Source: Rhynchobatus australiae
Lineage: Eukaryota
Direction: 5' to 3'
DNA length: 64,000 bases
Assembly (NCBI GenBank): GCA_034780895.1
Contig: JAUZTB010000127.1
Coordinates: 19,052,769-19,116,768, forward strand
The notes beneath the pieces are model-generated. The model had not been told where the DNA came from. It was given only the letters and a program-made list of their open reading frames with translations, and searched no databases. The position numbers and the translations under genes were made by a program. Of the stretch, positions 38,871-51,689 are shown one piece after another. How positions within the stretch are numbered: the first letter of the stretch is position 1; the number at the start of each line of letters is the position of its first letter.

Positions 38871-41524
38871 CCTCTTTGTCTTTACTGCAAAATGAGAACC
38901 TAACTGTCTCTTTCCTCACCTGCACTAGAATCTGGCTGAGAACCCGTCCAGTACTTGGGGGTTAGTACTGAGAAAGCCCTCAGTACTACTGAGTACTAAT
39001 GTTAAACATCCGGGCAATTCCCAGGTTTCCAGCAGAATTGCACCCCAACTCTTCCTTTCATCCAACTCCCATTCACCCCCAACTCCAGCTCCTGCCCACC
39101 AGCCTTGATGGCATTCCTACTAGTCCTCAGGGTGAGAGAATCATCACATATTGAAATTAATCCCAGCAATTACATGGGTCAGGCTCCACTCCTTTCTCTT
39201 ACATTAACCACAACAATCCAGTCGACCCACTATACAATTTTATATTGTATATCAATATTTTTGAAATATGGATACACTCTTGCTCACTACACTAATTAGC
39301 TTGATAGCTGGTGGATATGAGGCCAGAAGACTGGGGACTTGATCCTCATCGGTCCCGAGTCTGATCTTGGGTGGGATGACAGTAGGGGTACTGCAGCTGA
39401 TGTTGGCATCCTTGATCAATGGAGAAGATCATCTCCGCGGGTTCTGGTCATGATTGTTGTCAGTGACCCATGTTGGAGGTGACCATTCAGTCATTGAGTG
39501 ATGGCAGAAGTGGCCTTTCATATGATACCTTTTGTAGTTGTAATTTAAAAATCCAACTCTGGAATTATTTGGGAGATAAATGTATGAAATATTTCTAGGG
39601 CTTTTCTATTTTGTTGTTGACTCATTGAAACTTTTTCAGTGGGAGCTTTCCTTCCTCCTCTCTGATTCATCTGCCAATGCTGATGAACTGCTTGCGCACA
39701 AACTGCACAGTCCCCACAGTGCTGTGTGTTTTAAAAAGTCTCAGAGGACATTTGGAGGAATGCAAACCATTCTGCTGAATCAGTGCCACTAGTGTTATTG
39801 ACTTTATCGCCTTGAATACCAGCATTACAGAAATAGCATTGGATGCCAATTGATTAAAGATATCAACAGAATTTAATTCGCAGTCATATTATAAACTAAA
39901 ACACTGCAAGCTTTTGATTCAGTCAACAAAGCAAATAGAATGCTGAGCTGCATTGTTGGATGCAGAGTCAATTTTTCTCATCCAATACATCTTGGATCAC
40001 TTAGTTCACAATCAGAGGGGAGAAGAAAGAGGGATCAGAGATCTAAAGTAGGGGATTCCCATTTTCTAGGGTTTCAGGATCTGCTTTGGGAATGGAGTTT
40101 GGGGTAAGGTTGAGGGTTAAAATGCTTGCTATTGGAGCGAACAAGGGTTATGAATTAGGAATGGATGTAACTGTCCCCTCCATTCTTGAAGGGTGCCTCT
40201 TTTGAGGAAGGCTAATTGAGATGGTTAATACTCCCTGCATCTGACCAATCTCTGATTGGGGGATCAATGAGAAACTGACAGTGAGGTGATACCACCCAGA
40301 AACACTTTCCTTTGCTATCCTTAGGCTGGTTTGTTGGATAGCAGCCAGAAGGCACTGCAGGGCATGGCCACTTCCTATCCAGTGTCGGGTGCAAAGGTCC
40401 ATAAGGGGATACAGCCACGATGGGGGAGTGTGTAACTCAGGCTGATGCCCCAGATCTGGAAATTAGGGCATTTATATCATGTGAGCTGACACGGGATACC
40501 CTGCACCAGACTGGCTTCTGAGTGAAGGATGGAGAAAAGTACAATTTCCTTGTCATTTTCATCAGCAGGGTTCTAAGGAAATATTCAAGTGGAGCAAAGC
40601 ATGCTGGAGGAGGAAGAGGAATGAAATATGAAGAAAAATGAGTACTTTTTAGCTTTAGCTTGAAGAAAGGGATCTTGTAGAGATGCATATCCCTTTCTGA
40701 CTCTATCCTACTTGAAGAGGAGTACAAACCGTAGGATCAGTGGTGGAGTTTCTGCTTCTCATCCTCCATTGAGGATTGAGTCTTCAAGTGATCCTCACTG
40801 AAGGCAACAAACCACTACTTCATGTTAAATATAACTGCAATAAATAAGGACATTTGGGAGTAAGGGGAGATCAGAATTAATATCTTCATAAAGATGGTGA
40901 CCAATAACTCTGAAGTGTTCTTTTTAGTCATATCATTAGAAGTCATAAGGGGAAAAGTTTGGCCTCTAAGCTGCTTGGCTAGAAAAACTAAATAACTTCT
41001 CCAAGCCATCCTTATCAATATGAAGCTTATATTTTTATGCCCATCAATTATATTAATGGAATCACCAAAGAGTTGCAATCTCTTTTTGTAATGTTGGCTT
41101 GATTTTAGAGAGAATACTTAAGTTATGGCCTGAAGCATCTATGTGGTTATTAGTCATAGCATGTTATCCAGAATAAAGCCTTAATCCTCCTGGAAATGCC
41201 CAATAATAAAATATTTAAAGTGAAAAAGATAGAAGTATGTTTATATAAAACTCTACTAACCCTCCATCTAATTAAGCTGCATTACTGCAACAAATTATCT
41301 TTCTACTTCAGTGAGTTCCTTTACACAGTCTTACAGCTGGTAGCTTGAACTCGGCAAGAGCAAGTAAAATGATTGACTTCATAGCTAAGTGAATTTGCCA
41401 ATCAACAAGTAGAATGTATGTGGCCACCCACTGCTGACAAGAAATCCTTGTAACCCTTGAGGTCTGTGTAGGGAGTTCCCTCCTTTGCCTGTCTGGGGAG
41501 TGCCTCCACTTTGGTGGCTCATTT

Positions 41525-42290
41525 GGCATTCCACCCTCTGAGTCATTGGTTTAAATTCCACTTTGGAAACTTGAGTGCAAAAATCTTACCTGATGAATTA
41601 GAATCAGGTTTATTATCACTGATGCATGTCGTGAAATTTGTTGTTTTGTGGCAGCAGTACAGTGCAAGACATTAAAAATTACTGTAAGTTACAAAAATAA
41701 ATAAGTTTGTCCAAAAGAAGAATAATGAAGTAGTGTTCATGGACTGTTCAGAAATCTGATGGTATAGGGGAAGAAGCTGTTCCTAAAATGTTGAGTGTGG
41801 GTCTTCAGGCTCCTGTACCTCCTCCCTGATGGTAGTAATGAGAAGAGGGCATGTCCTGGGTGGTGAGGGTCCTTAATGATGGATGCTGCCTTCTTAAGGC
41901 ACTGCCTCTTGAAGATGCCTTCGATGGTAGGGAGGGTTGTGCCCATGATGGAGCTGGCTGAGTCTACAACCCTCTGCAGCCTCTTTTGATCGTGTATATT
42001 GGAGCTTCCATACCAGGCTGTGATGCAACCAGGCAAGATGTTCAGTGTAGTACTGAGTGAATGTTGAACTGCTGGGTGTGCTGATTTATGGATGAGACGT
42101 TAAACCAAGATTCTAGCTGCTCACTCAAGTGGATGTAAAAACTCCAGTGGCACTGTATCAAAGAAGTGAGGTTCCCTGATGTCCTGATCACAATTTATCC
42201 TTTAATCAGTATCATCATCACATTTCTGCTTATGGGAGCTTAGTGTGTTCAAATTAGCTGTGGTATTTGTCAAATTTCTGCAGTTCAACT
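41525..42290 (+). mobile_element. Deu-domain SINE interrupted by a Rex1 insertion
   Basis: Head (CTCTGAGTCA...ACTTGAGTGCAAAAATC) before 41597; the core GGATGAGACGTTAAACC...AGTGGATGTAAAA...GGCACT resumes after 42040. Confidence 0.75.
41597..42040 (-). mobile_element. Rex1/Babar LINE 3' fragment
   Basis: ORF GCITAWYGSS...LQRVV...IIKDPHHPGHALFSLLPSGRRYRSLKT...FRNSFFP. Confidence 0.9.
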
Positions 42291-44813
42291 CACAATGACA
42301 TCTGTAAATTTGGGCTGAGATGGGCTCTCAATTATTCTTGGTGGGAGGGTACAGCACTGTTGCCTCCATGCTATTTTCTACTTGTCTACCTTGGCATTCC
42401 ATTATTGCCTGAGTACTTGGCTGGGGTGGTTAGTGGGAATCACTGACTTTCTGACTTGATGAATAGTTGAGGATACTGGAAGAATAAGGGAACTTAACAG
42501 TGGAGGTGGCTCTGAGGGAGTGGAAGTCACAGGAAGACTTATTCCCAATGTGAATGTACTGTCACAATCAAGAAAATATGGCAACTGTGAGAACTATAAT
42601 TTTCTAGAAATCATTACATTAAATAGTAGCATATATTTGGTTTCATTTAAGTAGGGTAAAGCTCAACGTATATTGGGTATTAGAGAAAACTGGAAAATGA
42701 GGACAACTGTTGTGTACTTTCTAGCTTTCAGTCAGATGTTTGGTAAACACATTTAGTTTAGCTTTGACTTTCTGATAGGCTTAGGCTCAGCCCTTGATTT
42801 AACTAGGCCCTGGCTCTAATCTCCTTCAGATATATTGGTCACAAGATCAGACCTGTGCTTCACAGTCAGCTTTCAGTAATAGTCTAACTGCTAAACTTAA
42901 TTTCGTTTTCAGCTGGGTAAATCAGGAAGGAATGGTTATGTGGCAAAGAAACGTCAGAGACCAAGAAGGAACAAAGTAACATAAAGTAGGTCTGCTAGCT
43001 TGTTTTTCAACTTTGCGGTTGAACGATTTTCCCCTAGATGGTACCCTTGATAAGAAGTACTACATTTTTGTTGGCGTGCATGCTGCTTACAGTGCACGCA
43101 TACAGTTTTTATTTTTCTAGGTTAACCAGACCAGCTTGATGAGACATTGGGCAAAGGTAGTGTTAGTGTGGGACTTAAAAAAAGCATCTGGTTACAGAGC
43201 TGAAAGTTTGACAGAGATGACACTTTGTTTCCTTATTTAACTTATAGTACTTCAGAGTGTGAAACTACAGAGAAACTAAAGTGAATCACATTTAAAAGGA
43301 AGCTTTTGGGTGCATGAAAGAGGAAGGAACAGAGTTGATGTGTTTAGATGAAACATTAGGGTGGTAGACTTGAGTGGAGCACAAAGACAGACGAGTTGAT
43401 CTAATGGGATTTTTGTGTGGTGCAAGTTCAACATCATTTGATGTAACTGTATGGCATTAGCTTCATATTCAACCCAGCTGTTATCACTTGCCTTGCAATG
43501 TTTTAAACTGAGGCTTTCAAAAATGAATGGAATCTTTTTTCCCCACTGTATAAAGGTATTACATTCAGGACAGCAAACTAAAAAGGACATCACTATTACT
43601 TGTTAAACATCATAGAAACCAATAAAAGAAAGTGATTTAATGAGCTTTAACGAAATAATAACAACCAATAGAATGACTTGATTATTAACTTTTACTGGCT
43701 CAGTGAAAAAATACATGATTCAAAGTGAACNNNNNNNNNNAAAGTTCCATGAGGTTTAAATTTCTGGTCAAGAACATATTTAGGTTTTATTAAAACAGAG
43801 CTTGAAACTTAAATTTGCCAATTAAACAAAATATTTCTTGAAGTATGGCATTTTAGCATGTAGTGGTAGATGAAAGTGAACTACTTAAATTGCATATTGT
43901 TGTTATACAATTATCTGTGTATTACCAATGTTCTATGTATTTATTGGTTAGCTTAATTTTAAATACTTTAAGACCTGTGGAAGGTACAGTTCCATAAATT
44001 GTAATCTGTGAAGCCGGAGAACAAGATGCTATCTGTTCAGTGCATTGAGTTGGAATTCCCAGTGCTCCAAGTCTACTGTCCAGTATTTGAGTAATATTTT
44101 GATTGAAAGAACCTCAAACAGTGACTGGAGCTGTTTTATGAGTCTTGGTATTGTGAGCAACTTTCACCTTATCACTGTGCAGCTACTGCAGCAGATTAAC
44201 CATGGAGTGCTGCTACAAGAAGTGAGCTTTGTCAGCATCGCGTCTCACTGTGAAGCCACATGACTAAAGTCTGTCAAGATTGGCAGCAGCACTAAATAGG
44301 CTTCATTCATTAGATGTGCAAAACTTGGCTAACGGACTGCAACATTTGCAAAGGACACAGTGCTGCACTATGGTGAGAATAAACGTTGCTCCTCGGGGAT
44401 GTGACAGACTTGCTGCTGTGGTGCCAAATGTTTTAATCGGTTATCCTGATGAATACAAACCATCCCTAAACTGTGACATTTCTAAACAGCAGTGAATTGT
44501 AGACAACCAAGAGGAAGCTCAAACCTTTTTCACCAAAATTACTAACTTCAGAGACAATGCAAAATCATCACTGACTGAAACTTCTTTGTTTCCTTGTAAA
44601 CTTCCTTATGCTCAGTCACTTTTTTTTGATTAATAAATGCTCACATTGTTATTTCAAAAGTTATTTGTGTTGAATGGTGGCAGCAATGACTATAACAATG
44701 GACATGAGCCATTGGCCCCATTATTTGTAGGAAGAGCTGATTGGAAGGAGGTTGGGAGGTTCTGTATAGGAGGATGAATTAGAAGGGAGATGGGAAATGC
44801 TGTAGGTTGGATA

Positions 44814-45170
44814 TAAGAGACTGCAGATGCTGGAATTTGGAGCAAGACACAAGATGCTGGAGGACCTCAGTGGGTCAAGCAGTACCTATGGAGGGAAATA
44901 GACAGTCAACAGTTTGGGTTGCATCCCTCCATCTGGACTGAGAGGGGAGATGGGTGGAGTAAGAGCTACCAAATGATAGATGAGGAGGGGTGATAGGCAG
45001 ATGGAGGAGGGGAGAGTGGAAATAGTGCCAGAAGCTGGGAGGTGATGAATGTCAAAGGGCTGAAGATGATAAAATCTGACAGGAGAGCAAGTACAGAATG
45101 GAATCCAGATGGGTGGGAACAGTGGGGGAGGGGGACCAGTGGGAGGGATGTGTGGGTGATGGGCAGATAG
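44814..45170 (-). mobile_element. Penelope-like terminus, decayed
   Basis: GAGACTGCAGATGCTGGAATTTGGAGCAA...; hammerhead core degenerate (CAGATGG, CAAA). Confidence 0.7.
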
Positions 45171-45424
45171 TGGGCTGTATGTCAGTTAAGGTGTTCTGCC
45201 AGGCTGAGATTGGCAAGGTTGGTGAAGGGGAGATTGGTAAGGAGGGAATATTGGAAGGGTTAGTGAGCAGGAGATTCAAAGATGGATTTTTATGCCCACC
45301 TGTCTTGCAACCACCACGTTACATTTCATTGATTTAGTTATCCAAATTATTGTTGTCTCATGCAACTAAAGAAGTTTGGCTGTATTTACCAGACTTCCTA
45401 CGTGTCAATGCCAGTTGAGGTTCA

Positions 45425-45612
45425 CTTTTCTGTATTGTGCTGGTCAATGTTTATTCTTCAATCGTACTTCCAAAGTAGGTTATTTTGTCATTACCAGATC
45501 CCACAAATAGCAATGTGATAATGTGCAGATTAGCTTTGGTATTTCCTACATAATCTTAATTACTACACTTCAATGGTATTCATTGGCTATAAAGTAGTTT
45601 GGGAGCTCCTAA
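45425..45612 (+). mobile_element. Deu-SINE 3' part with internal micro-inversion
   Basis: TTTCCTACAT...ACTACACTTCAA...TTCATTGGCTATAAAG...TTTGGGA tail. Confidence 0.65.
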
Positions 45613-45629
45613 AGGAGAGTTTTTTAAAT

Positions 45630-46065
45630 TAATTTTTTGGGATCTTGGCATCCCTGGCATGGCCAGCATTTATTGCCCATCTTAAATTGTCCTGTGGTGA
45701 TGGGCCTCCCTCTTGAATCACTGCAGTCCTTCTGGAGAAGGTGCTACCACAGTACTGTTGAGTCTGGAGTTCCAGGGTTTAGATCTAGAGACAAGAAAGG
45801 AACAGCAATATATTTCCAAAAGACTAGAAGTAATGGGACTGCAGAGCTTTGATCAGATTTGTTAGTTTTGGGATAGTTTAGCTCTGTCTATTGCATGCTG
45901 ATTTTACTGTTGAGCACTTGCATGTGGCTTTACTGTGTTGGTACCTCCAAAGGAAGGCTGGTCCTTCTGCACTCTGCATTGAGCCAGAGTTGAATCCCTG
46001 GCTTGATGGTGACATTCGAGTGGGGGATATGCCAGGCCAGGATTGTGGTGGAATACATTGCTGTT
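45630..46065 (-). mobile_element. CR1-group LINE 3' fragment (same family as 48945-49676)
   Basis: GGCCAGCATTTATTGCCCATC...CAGCAATATATTTCCAA is the reverse complement of 49480-49660. Confidence 0.7.
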
Positions 46066-46199
46066 GATACATATGTATATGTGTGTATGTATACATACAC
46101 ATATGTGTATATATGATAGGTATATATAATTAGATATATGGTTATATAGAACCCATTTATTACCTGGGGTGGGCTGGCACAACTGGCTCGCTGAAGCAA

Positions 46200-46490
46200 C
46201 AGTAATGGACTTTGGGTGAACTACGTTAGTGGATCTGGAGTCACAAACAGACCAGACTAGATTAGGGTGGCAGATTTCCTCCCCACAAGGGCATTTGAGG
46301 ACCAGATGGGTTGTTCTGAATATCTGTGGCTTCATGATCGTCCTCAGTACTGATGACTATTTCTTTTTCTAAAATTGCTGATTATTAACTGAATTTGAGT
46401 TCCACAGCTGCTGTGGTGTGATTTGAACTTGGGTCTTTGGATTGTTAGTGCAAATCTTTGGATTATTTGACCAGTAATAACTGTTCTACC
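46200..46490 (-). mobile_element. tRNA-derived SINE
   Basis: GATCTGGAGTCACA...GGCAGATTTCC...GATTTGAACT; related copy at 51690-52010. Confidence 0.6.
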
Positions 46491-47106
46491 ATTAGAGTGA
46501 GCAGCTAACTATAAATGGAAGTCTGTCTTTACAGATTTCCTCACTTCAGAAAGACTAGAGTAGTGTGGGTAAATGCTGCTTTTTAAAGTTTACTTCAGTT
46601 CTTTATCACTAAGATTTAACTTGAATGTTGCTTGATTGAGTTAATTAAGGGTAAATAGTGCACACGTGTGCATTACAGGCAGTTCCCAGGTTTCGACAGG
46701 GTTCTGTTCCTGAGAATTGTTCATAATCTGAACTGCTTGTAGGTTGGAAATGGACAAAAACATTGTGTGGGAGAGGATCACAGAAACAGCTGTGACAGGA
46801 GAGCGAGAAGAGCAGCCGGCCTTGCCGACCCAGTGAGCGAGTGAGTCTGCTCAGTGCTTCCAGCTCTGCTTGGACTTGATCCAGCCCCTGGTTGTTGCGG
46901 CTCAGGAGGGGCAGGGTGGTGGGGGGAGAGAAGGTACGCAGGAATACCTTGATCCTACCCAGCGGATGCCTGCAACCCCACGGCAGCCGGCAAGTCCATC
47001 CCACTGGTGTTCCAAATGCTCATTCATGTGTACGGGGTCAGGTGCTCATCACCTGGAGAGGTGACGGGTCACAAGTATGTCCATATTTGTTTGAGGGGTG
47101 AGCTGT

Positions 47107-47692
47107 AGAATTAGAATCCAGTTTATTATCATGGTCTTGTATGTTGTGAAATTTGTTGTTGCAGCAGTACAGTGCAAAAATATAAAATTACTAAAAATCA
47201 CAAAATAATGCAAAAAAAAAAGGGAATAATGAGGTAGTGTTCATGGATTCATGGGCCGTTCAGAAATCTGATGACTGAGGGGAAGAAGCTGTTCCTGAAT
47301 CATTCTTTGTGGGTCTTCAAGCTCCTGTACCACTTCCCCTGATGATAGTAACGTGAAGAGGGCATGTCCTTAATAATGGATGCTGCCGCCTTGAAACACT
47401 GCCCCTTGAAGATGTCCTCGCTGGTGGGGAAGGCTGTGATAGAGCTGGCTGAGTCTACAACCCTCTCCAGCCTCTTGTGATCCTGCACATTGGAGCTTCC
47501 ATACCAGCCTGTGATGCAACCAGTCAGAATGCTCTCCACCGTACATCTATAGAAATTTGTAAGAGTCTTTGATGACAGACCAAATCTCCTCAAACTTTTA
47601 ATGAAGTAGAGCTGCCGGCGTGACTACTTTGAGATTACATCAATGTGTTGGGCCCAGGACAGATCCTTGGGGAGGTTGACGTTCAGAAACTT
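47107..47692 (-). mobile_element. Rex1/Babar LINE 3' fragment
   Basis: ORF RRFGLSSKTLTNFYRCTVESILTGCITGWYG... Confidence 0.9.
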
Positions 47693-48944
47693 AGAGGAGC
47701 TTATACAGAAATATAATGGAAAGCTGCATTTTATCAGTCCTTTGTTCAACAGAATAAAAGGACTGAAAGGGATATAAAGTGGGAAAGACCTGGTGGGTGC
47801 CCAACCTAGTAATCAAGCTGAAAAGTGAGGCAGCATTATCCAGGACATTGCAACTTGCAGAACAGCCACAGCATTGGGTGTGCTTGGTTAATGACAGCCT
47901 GAAACCTTAACATCCCCCAAAACAAGGGGAGGGATGAAAGAGCTTGGATTTCTGCCAGCTCTTCTCTAACAAGCTAAAGTATTACAGCTAGTGGCTCTAT
48001 TCCAAAAGGTAACGGGCATTGAAGCTTTCATTCCACAGCCAAGTGCTTCAGGAAAAATGATTAGCAGAAAACAAAGTCTGAGAGGGCCTTGAGTTTTTAC
48101 TATATAATATGTTTTCTTTGGAATTGGGATTAAAAAGAACCCTGGGCAACTCCTCACCAAACATGCAAATCTGCAGGAAATGCAATTGATGGAGTTGAGA
48201 TTGCCAGAGCTTTTTAAAATCACACCAATGTGCTGTAAGCAAACTGTTATTAGTAAAACTCGAGATTTTTGCAGTCACGCAGCATAAATGCTGATGGGTA
48301 TTTTTGCCATACCTGGTTTGCTGTTTTACTGCTCGCACATGGTGTCGGGGCAGTGATGACTGATCCTTAAAATCCTTTACCAAACCATTTATTTCTTCAT
48401 TACCTGAGCTGTGGATGTGGTTGGGAGAACCAGATTTGTGACATTGCACTAGCTTGAGAGGTATGTACCTAGCCAGTTTAGCATCAGATGGGAAACAGCA
48501 GTCTGAAAATCTCTGCAATGTTTGAGTTGGTGTTGTGCCTGGAAATAAACATCATTCTGTGGTTTTCTGCCAGAATTGCATGTAATAACGATATCATCAT
48601 GTTCTGTCTGTAATTATAGTGGAAAAGTGATTTCAAACTAGATAGAAATTATGGGTGTTTGTTTGTGATCCTGAATTTCTCTAATATGTGTGCACAAATT
48701 CAAGAAGTAAGTTAGTAAAGTAGTGTATTATTCAAGGGTGTGGTCGTCTATACTTTATAACATGTAATTGAATTATAAAATAATTAAACTCATAATGTGC
48801 AGCATAGCCATTTGGCCCAACGTCTCTGCAGGTGTTTTGCCCCACCTGAGCCTCTTCCCAACTTGCTGAACTTGGAACCTTGAAACGACCCCTCTCCCTG
48901 TTGGACAAATTCCCACTTAAACTATCCTCAGATAATAGTCCACA

Positions 48945-49676
48945 TCCAAATGCAGCTTAACCTGGCCAGTATCCAGGCCTGGGATGATGGGTGGCAAATA
49001 ACATTCATGCTGCATGAGTGCCAGGCTATGACGATATCCAACAAGAGAAAATCCAGCTATCATCCCCTGCGTAGCATTACCGTCACTGAATCCCCCACCA
49101 TCGATATCCTGGAGGCTAGGAATCCTGTGGCAAGTAACTTGCCTCCGAACTCCCAGAAGCCTGTCCAGCATCTCAAGGCTCAAATGAGGAGTACGATGGA
49201 ATACTTATCACTTGCCCGGATGAATGCAGCTTCATCAACACTCAAACTTGACACCATACAGGACATAGCACCTCATCCACAACCATTCACTCACTCCACC
49301 TCTGATGCACAGTAGCAGCAGTTCATACCATCAACAGGATGCACTGCAGCAGCTCACCAAGAATCCTTAGACAGCACCTACCAAACCCATGACTTCTACC
49401 AGCTGGAAGAAGATGGGCAGCAACAGCATGGGAACACCACTACCTGGAAGTTCCCTTCTGAGCCATACACCATCCTGACTTGGAAATATATTGCTGTTTC
49501 TTCACTGTTGCTGGGTCAAAATCCAGGAACTCCCTCCCTAAACAGTATTGTGGGTATACCCACAACCCGGACTGTGGCAGCTCACTACCTTCTCAAGGGC
49601 AGTTAGGGATGGGTAATTAAATGCTGGCTCAGCCTGTGACGCCCACGTCCCTTGAATGAATGATTTAAAAAAAAAT
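48945..49676 (+). mobile_element. CR1-group LINE 3' fragment with A-rich tail
   Basis: ORF LASIQAWDDGWQITF..CQAMTISNKR...KAQMRSTMEY.SLA is an RT thumb-region remnant; ends TGAATGAATGATTTAAAAAAAAA. Confidence 0.8.
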
Positions 49677-50904
49677 CATTGGTGTATCTGAACCTCATGG
49701 CTGTACCTTCAATGCTCCCCACTTGAAAAACATTACAACTTTTGAAATACCCTGTTAAAACACTTGGGGGAAATCCATAGTATACTTGAAATCCCTTGAT
49801 TATTATTATAGAACATTCTGGTATTAAATTTTGCCAGTGGAGTTTATATGTTGGGGCTGGCAGCCATAATGGCTGGTAAGCTCTGATGTTCAGCTTTGCA
49901 TCAGATACAATCATCAGATAGCTAAAAATCTAGCCATTTTTCAACAAAATTGTGGCATCAGATCAAAGGTAAATTCAGCAAAGTGACTTATTATTTTATG
50001 TATATTACTCCTCATTACTTTTATGAACCATATATCTTAGTGCAGAATAACAGAAATCTAACATTGTTGTGATGCATAACCTTAGAAAAAGTCAGTCATT
50101 GAAATGTAGCATTGAATTTAAAGTTATAACAATCTTTAGCAGTTTTTGAGTAATTACAGGTACCAATGTTTGCATGTTCTGAGCAATCTTTTCAAAGAAG
50201 TAAGCCAGAGTACCAGCTAAACTTTATGCCATTACTCCTGAACCAAGAATGTCGTGACCAATGGTAACATAGATCCACCAGCAAAATAATAACATTTTGC
50301 ACAAATTAGATTTTACATAATGGCCAGAAAAGTTTCTGAAAAGTTTGAGGAAAAACCAGCATATGTGATTTTTCTTTAGCCGATTGCATGATCTTTGTTT
50401 AGATTTTGAGATGCCCTTTGTAGCTCATTGGCCCAACGTATTGAAGGCGACCTGCATGGCTCCTGACATTCTTGAGGCCTTGCTGCTGCAGCCATCCCAC
50501 AAAGCAAAGCTGCCTGGGAGTTTCAACTAGGCCTCAGGTGGCAGATCATGAATCCCTACTCCCAGACTACCCAGAGGACCATTCCTCAGCTTGTGTTGTC
50601 AAAGAAAGGGCTTCACTAGTTTCTAGATACAGATCCTCCCTCCTGAGAACTATTTGTAACCTGAACCATTCCCAAGTTGGAAATGCAGTTGCCCAACCAG
50701 GGGAAATGTGTTTTAAAATGGTGCATTTAACTCAACCGTTCAGATATTGCCACGAGCCAAGTTCCCACACAAAAGGTACCTGCAGCCATGCAGCAGATCT
50801 ATCCCGCTGGTTTCCAAATGCTCATTCACGTGTATGGGTTGTTCATAAGTCGAGTGTCTATAACCTGGGGCGGACCTGTATATACATTTATGCAGAGGAG
50901 AATG

Positions 50905-51310
50905 TTGGTGCCTCAGCAATGCAGGTTTGATCCTGATCTCTGAAGCTCACTGGGGCGATTTGCAGGTTTCCCCTGCGACCTTGGGTTTCCCCTCAGCGAC
51001 CCAGGTTTAATCCTGACTTCTGATGCTTACAGTGTGGAATTTGCAAGCTCTTGCTGTGACTACATGGGTTTCCCCTGCTTGCTCTTGTTTCCTCCTACAT
51101 TCCAAAGATGTGCTGGTTGGTGGGTTAATGGTTACACTAAGTTACCCCCAGTGTCAATGGGAGGTATGCAAATCAGAAGCAAGTTGATAGGCATGCCAGA
51201 CCCAATAGGTTACGGGGGGGGGGGGGGGTGAAGGGGAATTCAAATAAAGGGATTTCTATGAGAGCTGGCATAGACTTGATGGACTGAATTGTCCCCTATG
51301 TCATAACAAA
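50905..51310 (+). mobile_element. HE1-like V-SINE with duplicated head
   Basis: GTGTGGAATTTGCA...GGGTTTCC...TTTCCTCCTACATTCCAAAGATGTG V core; ~80-bp head present twice. Confidence 0.75.
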
Positions 51311-51689
51311 ATGGGAGAACCATCAGATGAAATTTATTTAATTAGTGGTTAAAAACAAAATTAAAATAGATAAAAATACATCTAAATACTGTTAATTAGA
51401 AATGTAAGTGAAATAAAGAAAGGAAAAAAAAACTTGACCTTCACTTTTCTTTAATAAAGGTCAATGACCCCATTTAAAATGAGGCCATGGTAGATCTGAC
51501 AGTTATGGTTGGTTTAAAGCTGAAGGGTTGGATATGAATGTAACTGCAACTGCCCTTGGATTTGGTGATTCCAGTGGCAAGGCAAGAGGTCAGATATGCT
51601 GGCATCTGACTCCATCTTGTTCAATACTCCTCCTGTGCTGCAATGGACAACTAGCCAAAGTGTGTTTCTTTTTCCACTTATTTGTTTAT

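Noticed and set aside
39290-39540. Possible further ancient SINE (also ~37070-37600) and L2-like scraps at ~5320, 6130 and 34550
   Set aside because: Too decayed to assign family or boundaries by eye.
41737-42036. Rex/CR1/Tx1 ORFs as host genes
   Set aside because: Truncated, frameshifted retrotransposon ORF2 remnants.
46066-46150. TA/TG-rich tract (and the poly-G run at ~51214-51228)
   Set aside because: Ordinary low-complexity sequence.
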